Below are positions 1 to 10,211 of a stretch of DNA of 64,000 bases, one piece after another. How positions within the stretch are numbered: the stretch's first letter is position 1; each line of letters begins with the position of its first letter. The notes beneath the pieces are model-generated. The model saw only the letters and a list, made by a program, of their open reading frames with translations, made no database searches and was not told the origin of the DNA. The stretch covers positions 252,403-316,402 of the forward strand of contig CAWHUW010000006.1 in NCBI GenBank assembly GCA_963832655.1, written 5' to 3'. A program made the position numbers and the translations under genes. The stretch is from an uncultured Thermoleophilia bacterium (GTDB lineage Bacteria > Actinomycetota > Thermoleophilia > UBA2241).

Positions 1-34
1 CCGGTCCCGTCTGCGCCGCGTCACCGGGCCGACC

Positions 35-1241
35 TCAGCTCGCCCCGCCGAGCACCAGCATCGGCGCGAGCTCGAGGGCCGTGTACCGTGGGACGATAGC
101 GCTCGCGTGTCGTAGTAACGCTCAACGTCAACGACCTTCTTCGTGGCGACCACCTCGTCGATCGGGCACCGAGCCGTAGCGCCCGTCGCGCAGGGCCACC
201 ATGCGCCCGGTCTCGCCGCGCAGGAGCAGGTCGACGGCGAGGTTGCCGTACGCCGTCGGGACGATGCAGTCGATCGCGTCCGGCGCGCCGCTGCGCACCA
301 GATAGCCGAGGTTCATGCTGATCATGTCGATCTTGCGGCCGCCGTTGAAGCGTGGCGCACAGCTCCTTCACGGCCCTGCTCACCTGGTCGCCGATGCCGC
401 CCAGCTTGGCGTGCCCGTACTGGTCCTTCTCGCCGCCCGTGAACGACATCTCGCCGCCCTCCGGAGCGGCGCCCTCGCTCACGAGGCAGACCGCCAGCCG
501 GTCAGGGCTGGCGTTGCGGTCCGCGACGAGCAGCTCCGCGAGCTGCTCGACGGAGAACGGGCTGCTCGGGGATCACGCAGCGCTGCGCAGCGCCGGCGAA
601 CGTCGGCAGCAGGGCCGTGAACCCGGCGTAGCGGCCGAACACCTCGAGTACCACGATGCGCTCGTGCGAGGCGGCCGACGACGTCACCTGGCGCGCCAGC
701 TGGATCGTGCGGCTCACGCAGGTGCCGAACCCCATGCAGTAGTCGGTGCCGGGCACGTCGTTGTCCATCGTCTTGGGCAGGGCCACGACCGGGAAGCCGG
801 CGCGCCCGAGCTCGACGCCGTAGCTGAGCGTGTCGTCGCCGCCGATCGGCACCAGGGCGTCGATGCCGAGGAACTCGAGGTTCGCGAGGACCTCGGGCGT
901 GAGGTCGTTCTTCTCGCGCGGAGTAGCGGTCGCGCGCGTGCGCCGGGACCTCCTTGAGCGGCACCGCGCTGGGCCGCGTCCGCGACGAGTGCAGGAACGT
1001 CCCCCCGGTGTACGCCTCGCGCTCGACCATTTCCCTCGTCAGCGGGAAGGCCCACTCGCTGTTGTCGGCGCCTTCCTCGCGCACCAGATGTCACCAGCCC
1101 GGCCCAGCCGCGGCGGATGCCGACGACCTCGTACCCCTCGCTCAGGGCGCGCACCGTGACGGCGCGGATCGCGGGGTTGAGACCGGGGACGTCACCGCCG
1201 CCGGTGAGGATGCCGATGCGACCCTTCTCGCCCTTGCCCAT
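35..1241 (-). CDS. pfkA: 6-phosphofructokinase (PFK family), frame broken at >=5 places
   Basis: N-terminus [28 protein letters not shown] is in ORF 714..1241. PFK-like segments then continue in other frames: [29 protein letters not shown] (502..852), [18 protein letters not shown] (21..482) and [16 protein letters not shown] (128..325). The 3' end was inferred by hand translation. Confidence 0.7.
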
Positions 1242-1250
1242 GTCGCCCTC

Positions 1251-2519
1251 CTACTCCTCGACCCGGATGACCCCGGGGTCACCCTGGACCTCGTCCAGGG
1301 CCAGCAGCCGCTTCAGCGCGGCGAAGAAGCGCGCCTCGGGCGCCCGATGCAGCAGAAAGACGAGCTCGGCCGCGTCGCCGCCGCCCTCCTGCACCATCGA
1401 GCGGATGCTCACGCCCTCCTCGCCGAACACCGCCGCGACGCGCGCGAGTACGCCGGGGCGGTCGACGACGTGGATGCGCAGGAAGAAGCGCGAGGCCACG
1501 TCGTCACTCGGGAAGAAGGGCAGGTCCTTGTAGCACAGGCAATTGTGCGTGAAGCTGCCCTTGGCGGTGTTCACGACCGAGATGACGTCGCCGATCACGG
1601 CCGAGGCGGTCGGCACGCTGCCGGCGCCGGGGCCGTAGAGCATGATCTTGTCGAAGGCCTCGCTCTCGAGGAAGACGGCGTTGTAGGCGCCGGACACGCC
1701 GGCGAGCGGGTGCGACGCCGGGATGAAGGCCGGGTACACGCGCACGTTCATGGCGCCGTCGATGAGGCGGGCGACGCCGAGCAGCTTGCAGACGAGGCCG
1801 AGGCGTCGCCCGTGGGCGATGTCGACGGCGGTGACCTTGGTGATGCCCTCGAAGGCGACGTCGGCGAGGTTGACGCGGCTGTGGAAGGCGATCGAAGCCA
1901 TGATCGCCATCTTGGCGGCCGCGTCCTTGCCGCCGACGTCGTCGGTCGGGTCGGCCTCGGCGTAGCCCAGGCGCTGCGCCTCGGCGAGCACGTCGGCGTA
2001 GTCGGCGCCGGTCTCGGTCATCGCGCTCAGCATGTAGTTGGTCGTGCCGTTGACGATGCCGAAGATCGTCCGCACCTCGGCGGCGACCAGCGACTCGCGC
2101 AGCACCTTGATGATCGGCACGGCGCCGACGGCGCTGGCCTCGAAGCGCAGGTGGACGCCGTTCTGCTCCGCCGTCTCGAGCAGCTCGGCGCCGTGCTGCC
2201 CGAGGAGCTGCTTGTTGGCCGTCACGACGTGCTTGCCGGCGCGCAGGGCGCGGAGCTGGAAGTCGCGCGCCGCGCCCGTCCCGCCGATCAGCTCGATGAC
2301 GACGTCGATGTCGGGGTCGCCGACGATGTCCTCGAAGTCGCTGGTGACGAGCGCCGGGTCGAGGTCCGGGCTGCTGAAGCCCGGCAGCTCGAGCACGCGG
2401 CGCAGCTCGACGGGACGGCCCGTCGCGAGCGCGATGTCCTCGGCGTTCTCCTTCAGGAGCTTGCCGACCCCGGAACCCACGGTCCCGTAGCCCAGCAGCC
2501 CGATGCCTATCTTCTCCAC
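1251..2519 (-). CDS. hom: homoserine dehydrogenase
   Basis: ORF 1251..2594. Carries IGIGLLGYGTVGSGV NAD-binding motif, GAVPIIKVLRESL, NGTTNYMLS and a C-terminal ACT-like domain. GTG at 2519 is preceded by GGAGGG. TAG stop. Confidence 0.9.
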   Translation of the reverse strand: MEKIGIGLLGYGTVGSGVGKLLKENAEDIALATGRPVELRRVLELPGFSSPDLDPALVTSDFEDIVGDPDIDVVIELIGGTGAARDFQLRALRAGKHVVTANKQLLGQHGAELLETAEQNGVHLRFEASAVGAVPIIKVLRESLVAAEVRTIFGIVNGTTNYMLSAMTETGADYADVLAEAQRLGYAEADPTDDVGGKDAAAKMAIMASIAFHSRVNLADVAFEGITKVTAVDIAHGRRLGLVCKLLGVARLIDGAMNVRVYPAFIPASHPLAGVSGAYNAVFLESEAFDKIMLYGPGAGSVPTASAVIGDVISVVNTAKGSFTHNCLCYKDLPFFPSDDVASRFFLRIHVVDRPGVLARVAAVFGEEGVSIRSMVQEGGGDAAELVFLLHRAPEARFFAALKRLLALDEVQGDPGVIRVEE

Positions 2520-2544
2520 GGTGCCCTCCAGGTACGTGGCGTTC

Positions 2545-2847
2545 TCACTGATGAAGGGGACGCTGCAGACGAAGCACGTCCTCCCACGTCTCACGCGCGA
2601 CGATCTGCCGCGCCCGGCCGTCGCGGACGAGCACGTCGCCCGACTCGCAGTGCTTGCCGGCGACGGTCACCACGACGTCCGGTTGCACCGTCGCCTTGTT
2701 GGCGAGCATGGCCTCGTAGCGTGAGTCGCAGAGCATGGGGCGCATGTTGTCGCTCATGCCGCCGTCGACGGCGGCGTCGTGGCGGGCGGTCTCGGGGTAG
2801 ATCAGCGTGTGCGTCACGCTCGCGATAGTATCACCCGCAAGCAGCAC
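2545..2847 (-). pseudogene. lysA: diaminopimelate decarboxylase remnant (C-terminal ~100 codons only, with an internal gap)
   Basis: ORF 2545..2847 reads ..VDGGMSDNMRPMLCDSRYEAML..VTVAGKHCESGDVLVRD then jumps to GRARQIVARETWEDVL. The GDLLAV..TGAY..SNYN block expected between these is absent. The N-terminal ~300 codons are missing because a divergent SDR gene starts at 2877. Confidence 0.6.
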
Positions 2848-2876
2848 CCCTCATGCGCGCGACACGGGAGGTGGCG

Positions 2877-3596
2877 ATGGGCCTCAAGGACAAGGCGGCG
2901 TTCGTCGCCGGCGGCGGTGACGGCGTCTGGCCGGCGATCGCCCGCCGGCTGGCCGACGACGGCGCCGGCGTGGTCGTGTGCACACCGGACGAGGAGCAGG
3001 CGCGGCTGGCCGAGGCCGAGCTCGAGGCCGCCGGCGCCCCCGCCTACTGCATCGCCGCCGACCCCGTGCGGCCGCGCGAGGTCGAGGCGGCGCTGGGCGA
3101 GCTGCTGCGCGTGTTCGGCGGTCTCGACATCGCCGTCGCCGACCTCACGAGCCGCCCTGCCGGCTCGCTGCTCGGGAGCGACGAGGCGACGTTCGACGCC
3201 GCGCTCGGCGGCGACCTGCGGGCGGCCTTCGGCGTCGCCCAGCGCGCCGCCCGTCTCATGGTCGCTCGCGGCCGCGGCGGCAGCATCGTCCTCGTCGCCG
3301 ACTCCCTCGTCGACGACGAGGCCGGCCGGCGCAGTCTGGCCGGCGATGCCTGCGGCGGCGCGCTCGAGCGCATGACGCGGGCGATGGCCCACGAGCTTGG
3401 CCCGCACGGCGTGCGCGTCAACCTCGTGCGCTGCCAGACCGGACCCGCGCACCAACCCCTGCCGCCCTTCCCGCTCGGCCGCCCTGCGCGAGCGGAGGAG
3501 GTCGCCGCCGCGGTCGCCTTCCTGGCCGGGGACGGCGCCTCATACGTCAGCGGGGCGACGCTCGTCGTCGACGGCGGCCTGGAGGCAGTGCGATGA
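2877..3596 (+). CDS. short-chain dehydrogenase/reductase-like protein with degenerate cofactor and catalytic motifs
   Basis: ORF 2853..3596. ATG at 2877 follows GGGAGG. SDR fold-like sequence, but the glycine motif reads AGGGDGVW and the YxxxK position reads C-G-G-A-L. The C-terminus ..SYVSGATLVVDGG is typical of SDRs. Confidence 0.6.
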   Translation: MGLKDKAAFVAGGGDGVWPAIARRLADDGAGVVVCTPDEEQARLAEAELEAAGAPAYCIAADPVRPREVEAALGELLRVFGGLDIAVADLTSRPAGSLLGSDEATFDAALGGDLRAAFGVAQRAARLMVARGRGGSIVLVADSLVDDEAGRRSLAGDACGGALERMTRAMAHELGPHGVRVNLVRCQTGPAHQPLPPFPLGRPARAEEVAAAVAFLAGDGASYVSGATLVVDGGLEAVR

Positions 3597-4354
3597 CGGC
3601 GCGCGCGGAAGCGTCGTTCGCCGGCAAGGTGGCCCTCGTCACCGGCGGCACCCGCGGCATCGGCTTGGCCGTCGCCCAGGCGCTGGCGCGCCAGGGCGCC
3701 GGCCTCGTCGTCTGCGGCCGCGACGCGGAGCGCGTGGAGGCGGCGGCGGCCGAGCTCGAGAGCCGGGGGGCGACCGTCGCGGGCTTCGCCTGCGACGTCA
3801 CCGACCCGGCCCAGATCCTCGCCCTCGCCGCCGACACCGAGCGCCTCTTCGGCCGCCTCGACATCTGCGTCGCCGACGCCGGCGTCTGCCCGGAGGCGCC
3901 GCTCGACGACCTCGACGCGGACTTCATCGACGAGGTGCTCGCGGTCAACGTGCGCGGCCTGCTCCTGACGACCCAGGCGGCGGCGCGGCTCATGGACGCC
4001 GGGGGCAGCATCGTCCACCTCGGCTCGGTGAGCGGCTACGTCACCGGACCCGAGGGCGGCGAAGCGGTCTACGAGGCGAGCAAGGCGGCGGTGCACGCGC
4101 TCACCCGGGCGTGTGCGGTCGAGCTCGCGCCGCGCGGCATCCGCGTGAACGCCGTGGCGCCCGGCTGGGTCGAGACGGACATGACCGCCGGCATCGAGGA
4201 CGACCTGCGCGCGACCTACCTTCGCGGCGTCCCCCTGGGGCGGTTCGGCCGTCCCGAGGAGATCGCCGACGTCGTGCTCTTCCTCGCCGGCGCCGACGCC
4301 TCCGGCATCACGGGGACCGCGCTGGTCGTCGACGGGGGCCTGCTCGCGGTGTAA
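3593..4354 (+). CDS. SDR family oxidoreductase (3-oxoacyl-ACP reductase-like)
   Basis: In frame with ORF 2978..4354. Its ATG overlaps the upstream TGA (ATGA). Motifs: VALVTGGTRGIGLA, NVRG, YEASKAAV, VNAVAPGWVETDM, ITGTALVVDGG. Confidence 0.85.
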   Translation: MTARAEASFAGKVALVTGGTRGIGLAVAQALARQGAGLVVCGRDAERVEAAAAELESRGATVAGFACDVTDPAQILALAADTERLFGRLDICVADAGVCPEAPLDDLDADFIDEVLAVNVRGLLLTTQAAARLMDAGGSIVHLGSVSGYVTGPEGGEAVYEASKAAVHALTRACAVELAPRGIRVNAVAPGWVETDMTAGIEDDLRATYLRGVPLGRFGRPEEIADVVLFLAGADASGITGTALVVDGGLLAV

Positions 4355-4389
4355 CGGCGCGCCGCCATCGCGGAGCTACGCAGCCAGCC

Positions 4390-4926
4390 TCAGTACTCGA
4401 TCCCCTCGCGCGCCTCGACGCCGGCGTCGTAGTAGTGCTTGCGCGGCACCATCTCGGTGACGAGGTCGGCGGCGGCGAGGAGCTCAGCCGGGGCGCGCCG
4501 CCCGGTGATGACGAGCTCCACGTGCGCCGGCTTGTCGCGCAGGAGCGCGAGGACGTCGTCCAGGGGGACGAGCTCGAAGAAGAGCGCCGTCACGAGCTCG
4601 TCGAGCACGACGACGTCGTACTCGCCACCCATGACGAGGGCGCGGCCGCGAGCGAAGCCGTCGGCCGCGGCGGCGAGGTCCTCTTCCGTCGCCTCGCCCT
4701 TGATCACCCAGTGGTCGAGGCCGCACTGCACGACCTCCACGCCGAGCCCCCGCAGCATGACGATCTCACCCCAGGTAGGGTCGGCCTTCATGAACTGCAG
4801 GACGGCGGCGCGCAGGTCGTGGCCGAGGGCGCGCAGGACGAGGCCGAGGGCGGCGGTCGTCTTGCCCTTGCCGTCGCCGGTGTAGACCTGGACGAACCCT
4901 TCGCGCTCCCCGCGCGCGTCAGCCAT
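4390..4926 (-). CDS. cobO: cob(I)yrinic acid a,c-diamide / cob(I)alamin adenosyltransferase
   Basis: ORF 4390..4926: [44 protein letters not shown]; CobO/BtuR family signature. Confidence 0.85.
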   Translation of the reverse strand: MADARGEREGFVQVYTGDGKGKTTAALGLVLRALGHDLRAAVLQFMKADPTWGEIVMLRGLGVEVVQCGLDHWVIKGEATEEDLAAAADGFARGRALVMGGEYDVVVLDELVTALFFELVPLDDVLALLRDKPAHVELVITGRRAPAELLAAADLVTEMVPRKHYYDAGVEAREGIEY

Positions 4927-5771
4927 ACGTGTAGAAGCCCGCGCCGCTCTTGCGCCCGAGCTTGCCTGCGGCGATGAGCTCGTCGAAGAGCGCGCACGGC
5001 GCGTACTTCGCGTCGCCGAGGTCGCGATACAGCGTGGCGAGGATCGCCTGCGTCGTGTCGAGACCGACGAGGTCGGCGAGGGCGAGCGGGCCCATCGGGA
5101 AGTTCGCCCCGAGCTTCATGCCGGTGTCGATGTCTTCGGCGCTGGCCACGCCTTCGGCGAGCGCGGCGACGGCCTCGTTGATCATCGGGAAGAGGATGCG
5201 GTTGACGACGAAGCCCGGCGAGTCCTTGACCGTGATCGGCGTCTTGCCGACCGCCTCGGCGAAGGCGCGCGCCGTGGCGACCGTCGCCTCGGACGTCGCC
5301 GCGCCGCGGACCACCTCGACGAGCGCCATCAGCGGCACCGGGTTGAAGAAGTGGATGCCGACGAAGCGCTCGGCGCCGTCGACGTACTCCGCCAGCGACG
5401 TGATCGAGAGGCTCGAGGTGTTGGTGGCGATGACGGCGTCCTTGCGCAGCGTCGCGGAGACCCGCTGCAGCAGATCGCTCTTGAGCTCGAGCGACTCGGG
5501 CGCCGCCTCGATGAAGAGGTCGGCGTCGGCGCCGGCATCGACGGTCAGGCCCGGTGGAGATGCGCCCCAGGGCGGCGTCGCGGTCGGCGGCCCCCATGCG
5601 GCCCTTCTCGACGAGTCGCGCGTAGCCCTTCTCGATGCCGGCCATGCCCCGGGCGACGAACTCGTCGGCCACGTCGATCATGACGACCTCGAGGCCGGCC
5701 TGAGCCGAGACCTGGACGATGCCGGCGCCCATCTGGCCGGCGCCGGCCACGAGCAGCTTCCTGACGCTCAC
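4919..5771 (-). CDS. hbd: 3-hydroxybutyryl-CoA / 3-hydroxyacyl-CoA dehydrogenase, one frame break near 5545-5560
   Basis: N-terminus [26 protein letters not shown] (ORF 4788..5771 frame; GTG at 5771 after GAAGGAGG). The C-terminal 2/3 is in the ORF 4919..5338 frame: [50 protein letters not shown]. Confidence 0.8.
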
Positions 5772-5898
5772 GTGCTCCTCCTTCGCTGCTGCGACCCGCG
5801 GCCGCGCGGCCCACCGTCGGTGTCGATCGCGCTTGGTCCGGAGGGCGACATTGCTTATGTTTCGTCAGCCTCGGGTCGATACCCGTTGCAGAAAACCG

Positions 5899-7577
5899 AT
5901 GCCGACGATGGCCGACACCAATGCTACTGTAGCGCCGCCCATGGAGTGCAAGTTCCTCGACAGCTACGAGGCCGAGATGGGTGGAGCGACGGTGCCTATC
6001 TGGCACTGCCGCAAACGCGACCCGTTCGTCCTCGGCGACAGCAAGGAGATGGCGCTCGCGACCTGCGCCTCGTGCCGGCTCGGCGACTTCACGCGCCCGC
6101 CGGCGGAGCTCGCCGCGGAGGTCGAGCGCCGCAACCAGGAGCTGGTCGCGCTCAACGCCATCGTCACCGCCGTCAACGCCTCGCTCGACCTCGACACGGT
6201 GCTGCGGATGGGCCTCGACAAGGTCATCGAGATCCTGCAGGTCGACGCCGGCTGGGTGTCGCTCGCCGTGGACGACAGGTACGAGATCGCCGGCTCCCGC
6301 GGGCTGTCGAGGACGTTCGAGCAGGCGAACGAGGTGCGGCACCTCGGCGAGGGCTTCATCGGCGCCGTCGCGCAGCAGCAGGAGACGATCGTGCTCGAGG
6401 ACACGGCGGGGCTGATGGACATCCGCCGCGACGGCCTCGTGACGCTGATCGGCGTGCCTCTCAAGGCGCAGGGCGAGATGCTCGCCGTGCTCGCCGTGGG
6501 CACGCGCACGCCGCGAAGCTACTCGGCCGACGACATCTACTTCGCGACCGCCGCCGGGGCGCAGCTCGCGGCGGCGATCGAGCGCGCCCTTCTCTTCCGC
6601 GAGCAGAGCGCGCGCATCGAGCGCGAACGTCGCCTGCTCGAGGCGTCCGAGACCGTCAACCGCAACCTCGACTCGCCCTCGCTGCGCATGGTGATCCTGA
6701 GCGAGGCGGCGCGCCTGGTCGAGGCCGACAAGTCGGCCCTGCTCCAGGTCCGCGGCGACCACCTCGTCGCCGACACCGTCTACCGACTCCGGACGACTAC
6801 GCGGGCCTCTTCGTCGTCCCCATCGCCGATTCGCTCTCGGGCCGCGCGGTCACGGACGGCACGACCGTCGCCGTCGAGGACGTCGACCAGGAACCGCTGG
6901 CCGACGCCGTGCTGGTCCGCGCCGGCGGCTTCAGGGCGTTCATGACCGCCCCGCTGCAGAGCTATCGCGGCACCGACGGCGCGCTGAGCGTCTTCTTCGA
7001 TGAGCCCCGGTCGCTGAGCGAGGACATCCAGACGCTGCTGCGCACCTTCGCCGTCCAGGCCGCGGTGGCGCTCGACAACCAGCGCCTCATGCGCGAGAAG
7101 GACCAGCTCGCGGCCCACGACGGCCTCACCGGCGTCTTCAACCGCACCTACCTCGAGATGGCCCTCGAGCGTACGAGCAAGGACCTGCGGCGCCAGGGTG
7201 GCACGGCCAGCGTCCTCTTTCTCGACGTCGACGACCTCAAGAAGACCAACGACGGCAGCGGCCACGCGGCCGGCGACCTTCTGTTGAGCGACATGGCCGG
7301 CGTGCTGCTCGAGACCTGCCGCGAGAGCGACATCGTCGCGCGGTACGGCGGCGACGAGTTCGTCGTCCTCATGCCCACCACCGACGAGGAGGGCGCGCAG
7401 CGCGTCGCCGACAAGATCATCGAGGGCATGCTGCGACGCAACGGCCGCCGGCCCGACGGGCCGCGACTCTCGGCGAGCCTCGGAGTCCACACGGCCGACG
7501 GGGCCGGCGTCGGGACCCTCCTGCGCGAGGCCGACCGGCGCATGTACGCCATGAAGCGCGCCCGTCAGCGCGACTGA
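5899..7577 (+). CDS. diguanylate cyclase (Cys-rich N-terminal region, two GAF-like domains, GGDEF), one frame break near 6780
   Basis: ORF 5719..6945 carries ..MECKF..WHC..CASC.. then GAF-like sequence. This continues in the ORF 4950..7577 frame with a second GAF-like region and LTGVFNRTY..LFLDVDDLKKTNDGSGHAAGD..RYGGDEFVVLM. The choice of start (5899 or 5908) is uncertain. Confidence 0.75.
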
Positions 7578-7672
7578 GCACGGCCTTCGCCGGCCTGTCC
7601 GAACGCCTCCGCCGCCCTTGCCTCTCGAGCGTTCCGGACGACGCCGCGCCCGGCGGCTGCTACCATTCACTC

Positions 7673-8338
7673 ATGGACGCGCGCCCCAAGATCATCAGCT
7701 GCGAGGTCCTGCGCGACGAGATCGAGCGCGTGAACCCCGGCTACGAGATCGACTTCGTCGAGGGCGCCCTCCACGACTACCCCGACAGACTGCGCGCCCG
7801 TCTGCAGGAGCGCATCGACGCCACCCCCGGGGACTGCCCTGTCCTGCTCAGCTGCGCGCGCTGCAGCAACGGCACCGTCGGCCTGCGCGGCGGCGACCAC
7901 CGGCTCGTGGTGCCGGCCACCGACGACTGCATCTCGATCCTGCTCGGCTCGCGCGCCCGCTACCTCGACGAGCACGGCAGGCACCCCGGCACCTACTACT
8001 ACACGCGCGGATGGATCGACTACATCGAGGACCCGTATCAGGAGTACCTCAAGATGATCCCGAAGTACGGTGAAGAGAGGGCGGCTCAGCTCGAGCGCAT
8101 GATCCTCGCCAACTACACGCGTGTCGCGGTGATCGACACCGGCACGTACGACCTCGAGAAGCTGCGCGACTACCTCGAGACCGCGGCGTCCTTCTACGGC
8201 CTGCCCATCGAGTACCTGCCGGGCTCGCTGCGCTACCTCGAGAAGCTGGTCAGCGGGCGACACGACGACGAGTTCATCGTGGTCGAACCGGGAGACGAGC
8301 TCGAGGAGCGCCGCTTCTGGGCCCTCGCCGAGGCCTGA
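7673..8338 (+). CDS. DUF1638 domain protein
   Basis: ORF 7673..8338: KIISCEVLRDEIE..DFVEGALHDYPDRLR..LLSCARCSNG..TRGWIDY; resembles the DUF1638 family. Confidence 0.6.
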   Translation: MDARPKIISCEVLRDEIERVNPGYEIDFVEGALHDYPDRLRARLQERIDATPGDCPVLLSCARCSNGTVGLRGGDHRLVVPATDDCISILLGSRARYLDEHGRHPGTYYYTRGWIDYIEDPYQEYLKMIPKYGEERAAQLERMILANYTRVAVIDTGTYDLEKLRDYLETAASFYGLPIEYLPGSLRYLEKLVSGRHDDEFIVVEPGDELEERRFWALAEA

Positions 8339-8392
8339 GCGGCCGGCGCGGGACCGCTGCGAGATCCGGCCGGACCCCAGCGCCGCGCTCGG

Positions 8393-8861
8393 CTACTCGC
8401 CCTCTGAGCGCCCGGCGCCCGGCTCGGATCCCGCTGCAGGCTCGTCCGCGCCGTCCGCGCTCGGGCTCCGCTCCGGGCGCAGCCCCGTCGCCCTGCTCCT
8501 CGGCGACCACCCTCGCGAAGTTGAGCTGCATCGCCGCGAGCGTGCCCCGCAGATCGCCCAGGCCAGACGCGCCGCGCTCGCGTTCGAGCACGTCGAGACA
8601 GGCGCGCAGCAGCTCGATGGACAGCCGGGCGCCGTCGAGGTCACGCAGCTCGCGCGTCTGCTCGGTGAGTCCGAGCTTCTGGTAGCCCACCGTCACAAGG
8701 CTGACCGCCATATCGAACGCAAGGTCCTCGACCTTCAGGCGGCGCAACTCGTCGACCACCCTGCGGACGCGCTCCTCGTCGTCCTCGGCGCTCGCGGCCC
8801 GCCCCGTCGCCGGCGTCCTCCGGCTCCGGCGACGTCGCCGCTCTCGTCGCTCCTCGCTCAC
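8393..8861 (-). CDS. DUF1844-like small acidic protein (3' end uncertain, possible frame break near 8455)
   Basis: GTG at 8861 after GGGAGG, overlapping the upstream TGA (GTGA). Core is VEDLAFDMAVSLVTVGYQKLGL..DLDGARLSIELLRACLDVLE..MQLNFARVV. An acidic tail ending at the TAG at 8393 is in another frame. Confidence 0.5.
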
Positions 8862-10056
8862 CGGGCCTCCCGCTCTTCGGCCGCCGCCGAGGGGACCAGC
8901 GAGGAGGCGCGCGCCCGGGCGACCGTCCCCGCGTACACCTCCGCGAGCGGTCGCCCCGGCCGCGTGCGCCCGCGCCTGGCGCTGGGCGCCGTTGCCCTCG
9001 CGCAGCATCCGCTCGACGCCGTCGAGGTGCGGAGACGAGGCCGAGTCCGTCGGCGAAGGGCGCCGCACGCTCGACCAGCGCGCCGGATCGCGTCCGCCGC
9101 CGGCAGCTCCCGCCGCGCGGCCCAGTCGACCAGCTTGCCGTCGAGGCCGAAGCGGATCGCGCGCCAGAGGTTCTCCTCGATGTAGCGCGAGCCTTCCGGC
9201 GCCGCGCGGCCGGCCCTCGTCGTAGGCGCGCGCGAGGTCGGCCGTGAGGCCCACGGCGAGCGCCGTCACGGCGAGCGCCTGCCAAGGTTCGGTCTGCACG
9301 TCGCAGATGCGCACCTCGACCGTCCCGAAGCGGTGGTGCGGCCGGATCGACCACCAGACCTGGGTGAACTCCTCGATGCAGTTCGTCTCGACCAGGGTCT
9401 CGTAGAAGCGCCGATGCTCCGCCCAGTCGCCGAACGTGTCGGGTACCCCGCAGCGCGGGAACATGCGCACGAAGGTCTGCGTGCGCGCGGAGTGAAGCTG
9501 CGTCCACACGCCCTCGATGAAGGGCGAGTTGGCCGAGAGTGCGAGCAGGTGCGGCAGGTACCCGCGCAGACCGTCGCAGACGGCGACCGCGCGGTCCTTG
9601 CCGCGCACGCCGATGTGGACGTGACCGCTCCACGTGTTGTTGCGCCAGGCGACGTACTTGAGGCGCTCCTCGACGAGCCGATAGTGCGGGGTGTCGATGA
9701 TCTCCTGGTCGTGCCAGCTCGAGAACGGGTGGGTGCCCGTGGCCCCCAGCGCGAACCCGTGCGCGTCGGCGAGCCTGAAGAGCTCGTCGCGGTTCAGGAG
9801 CAGGTGGCGCGCGGCCTGGGCGAAGTGAAGCGGTGCGCGGCGTGCGGACCTCGATCTCGGAGCGGATGAGCTCGCCGGCGATGCGCTCCGCCAGCCGGGA
9901 GCCGGCGGCGTCGCGCAGCTCCTCGAACCCGGGGGTGAGCTCGAGTGTCTCCGGGGCGAGGATCTGGAACTCCTCCTCGAGCCCCACGGTGAAGTCGAGC
10001 GCCCCGTCGAAGCGCGCCTCGACCTCGTCGAAGTAGGCCTTCAGGTCAGCGGTCAT
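8858..10056 (-). CDS. carboxylate-amine ligase (glutamate-cysteine ligase family 2, YbdK-like), several frame breaks
   Basis: N-terminus DFTVGLEEEFQILAPETLEL..GELIRSEIEV (ORF 8641..10056). Middle part GTHPFSSW..WRNNTWSGHVHIGV..LLALSANSPF..WWSIRPHHRFGTVEVRICD (ORF 8274..9608 frame). The end was reconstructed by hand. Confidence 0.7.
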
Positions 10057-10211
10057 GGGCGCTCACTGTACCGCAACCCGCGGCAGTGCGCCGGGCGTCG
10101 CCGACCTGCGGGCACCAGACGCGGCGGGGTCTCATCCCGGCGCCCGAGGCGCGAACGGCGACGGGGCGGCCCGTCGGGCCGCCCCGTCGCCGTTCGTCCT
10201 GTCGGGCGCGC

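Noticed and set aside
954-2828. Very long ORFs antisense to or overlapping recognisable genes. Examples: 954..2828 (+), 16920..19487 (-), 28322..30853 (-), 31828..33456 (-), 46836..48785 (+), 58488..60005 (-), 61899..63743 (+).
   Set aside because: Their translations are Arg/Ala/Gly/Pro/His-rich low-complexity strings with no family resemblance. Each lies opposite a gene with clear homology. These are the typical stop-codon-poor shadow frames of high-GC DNA.
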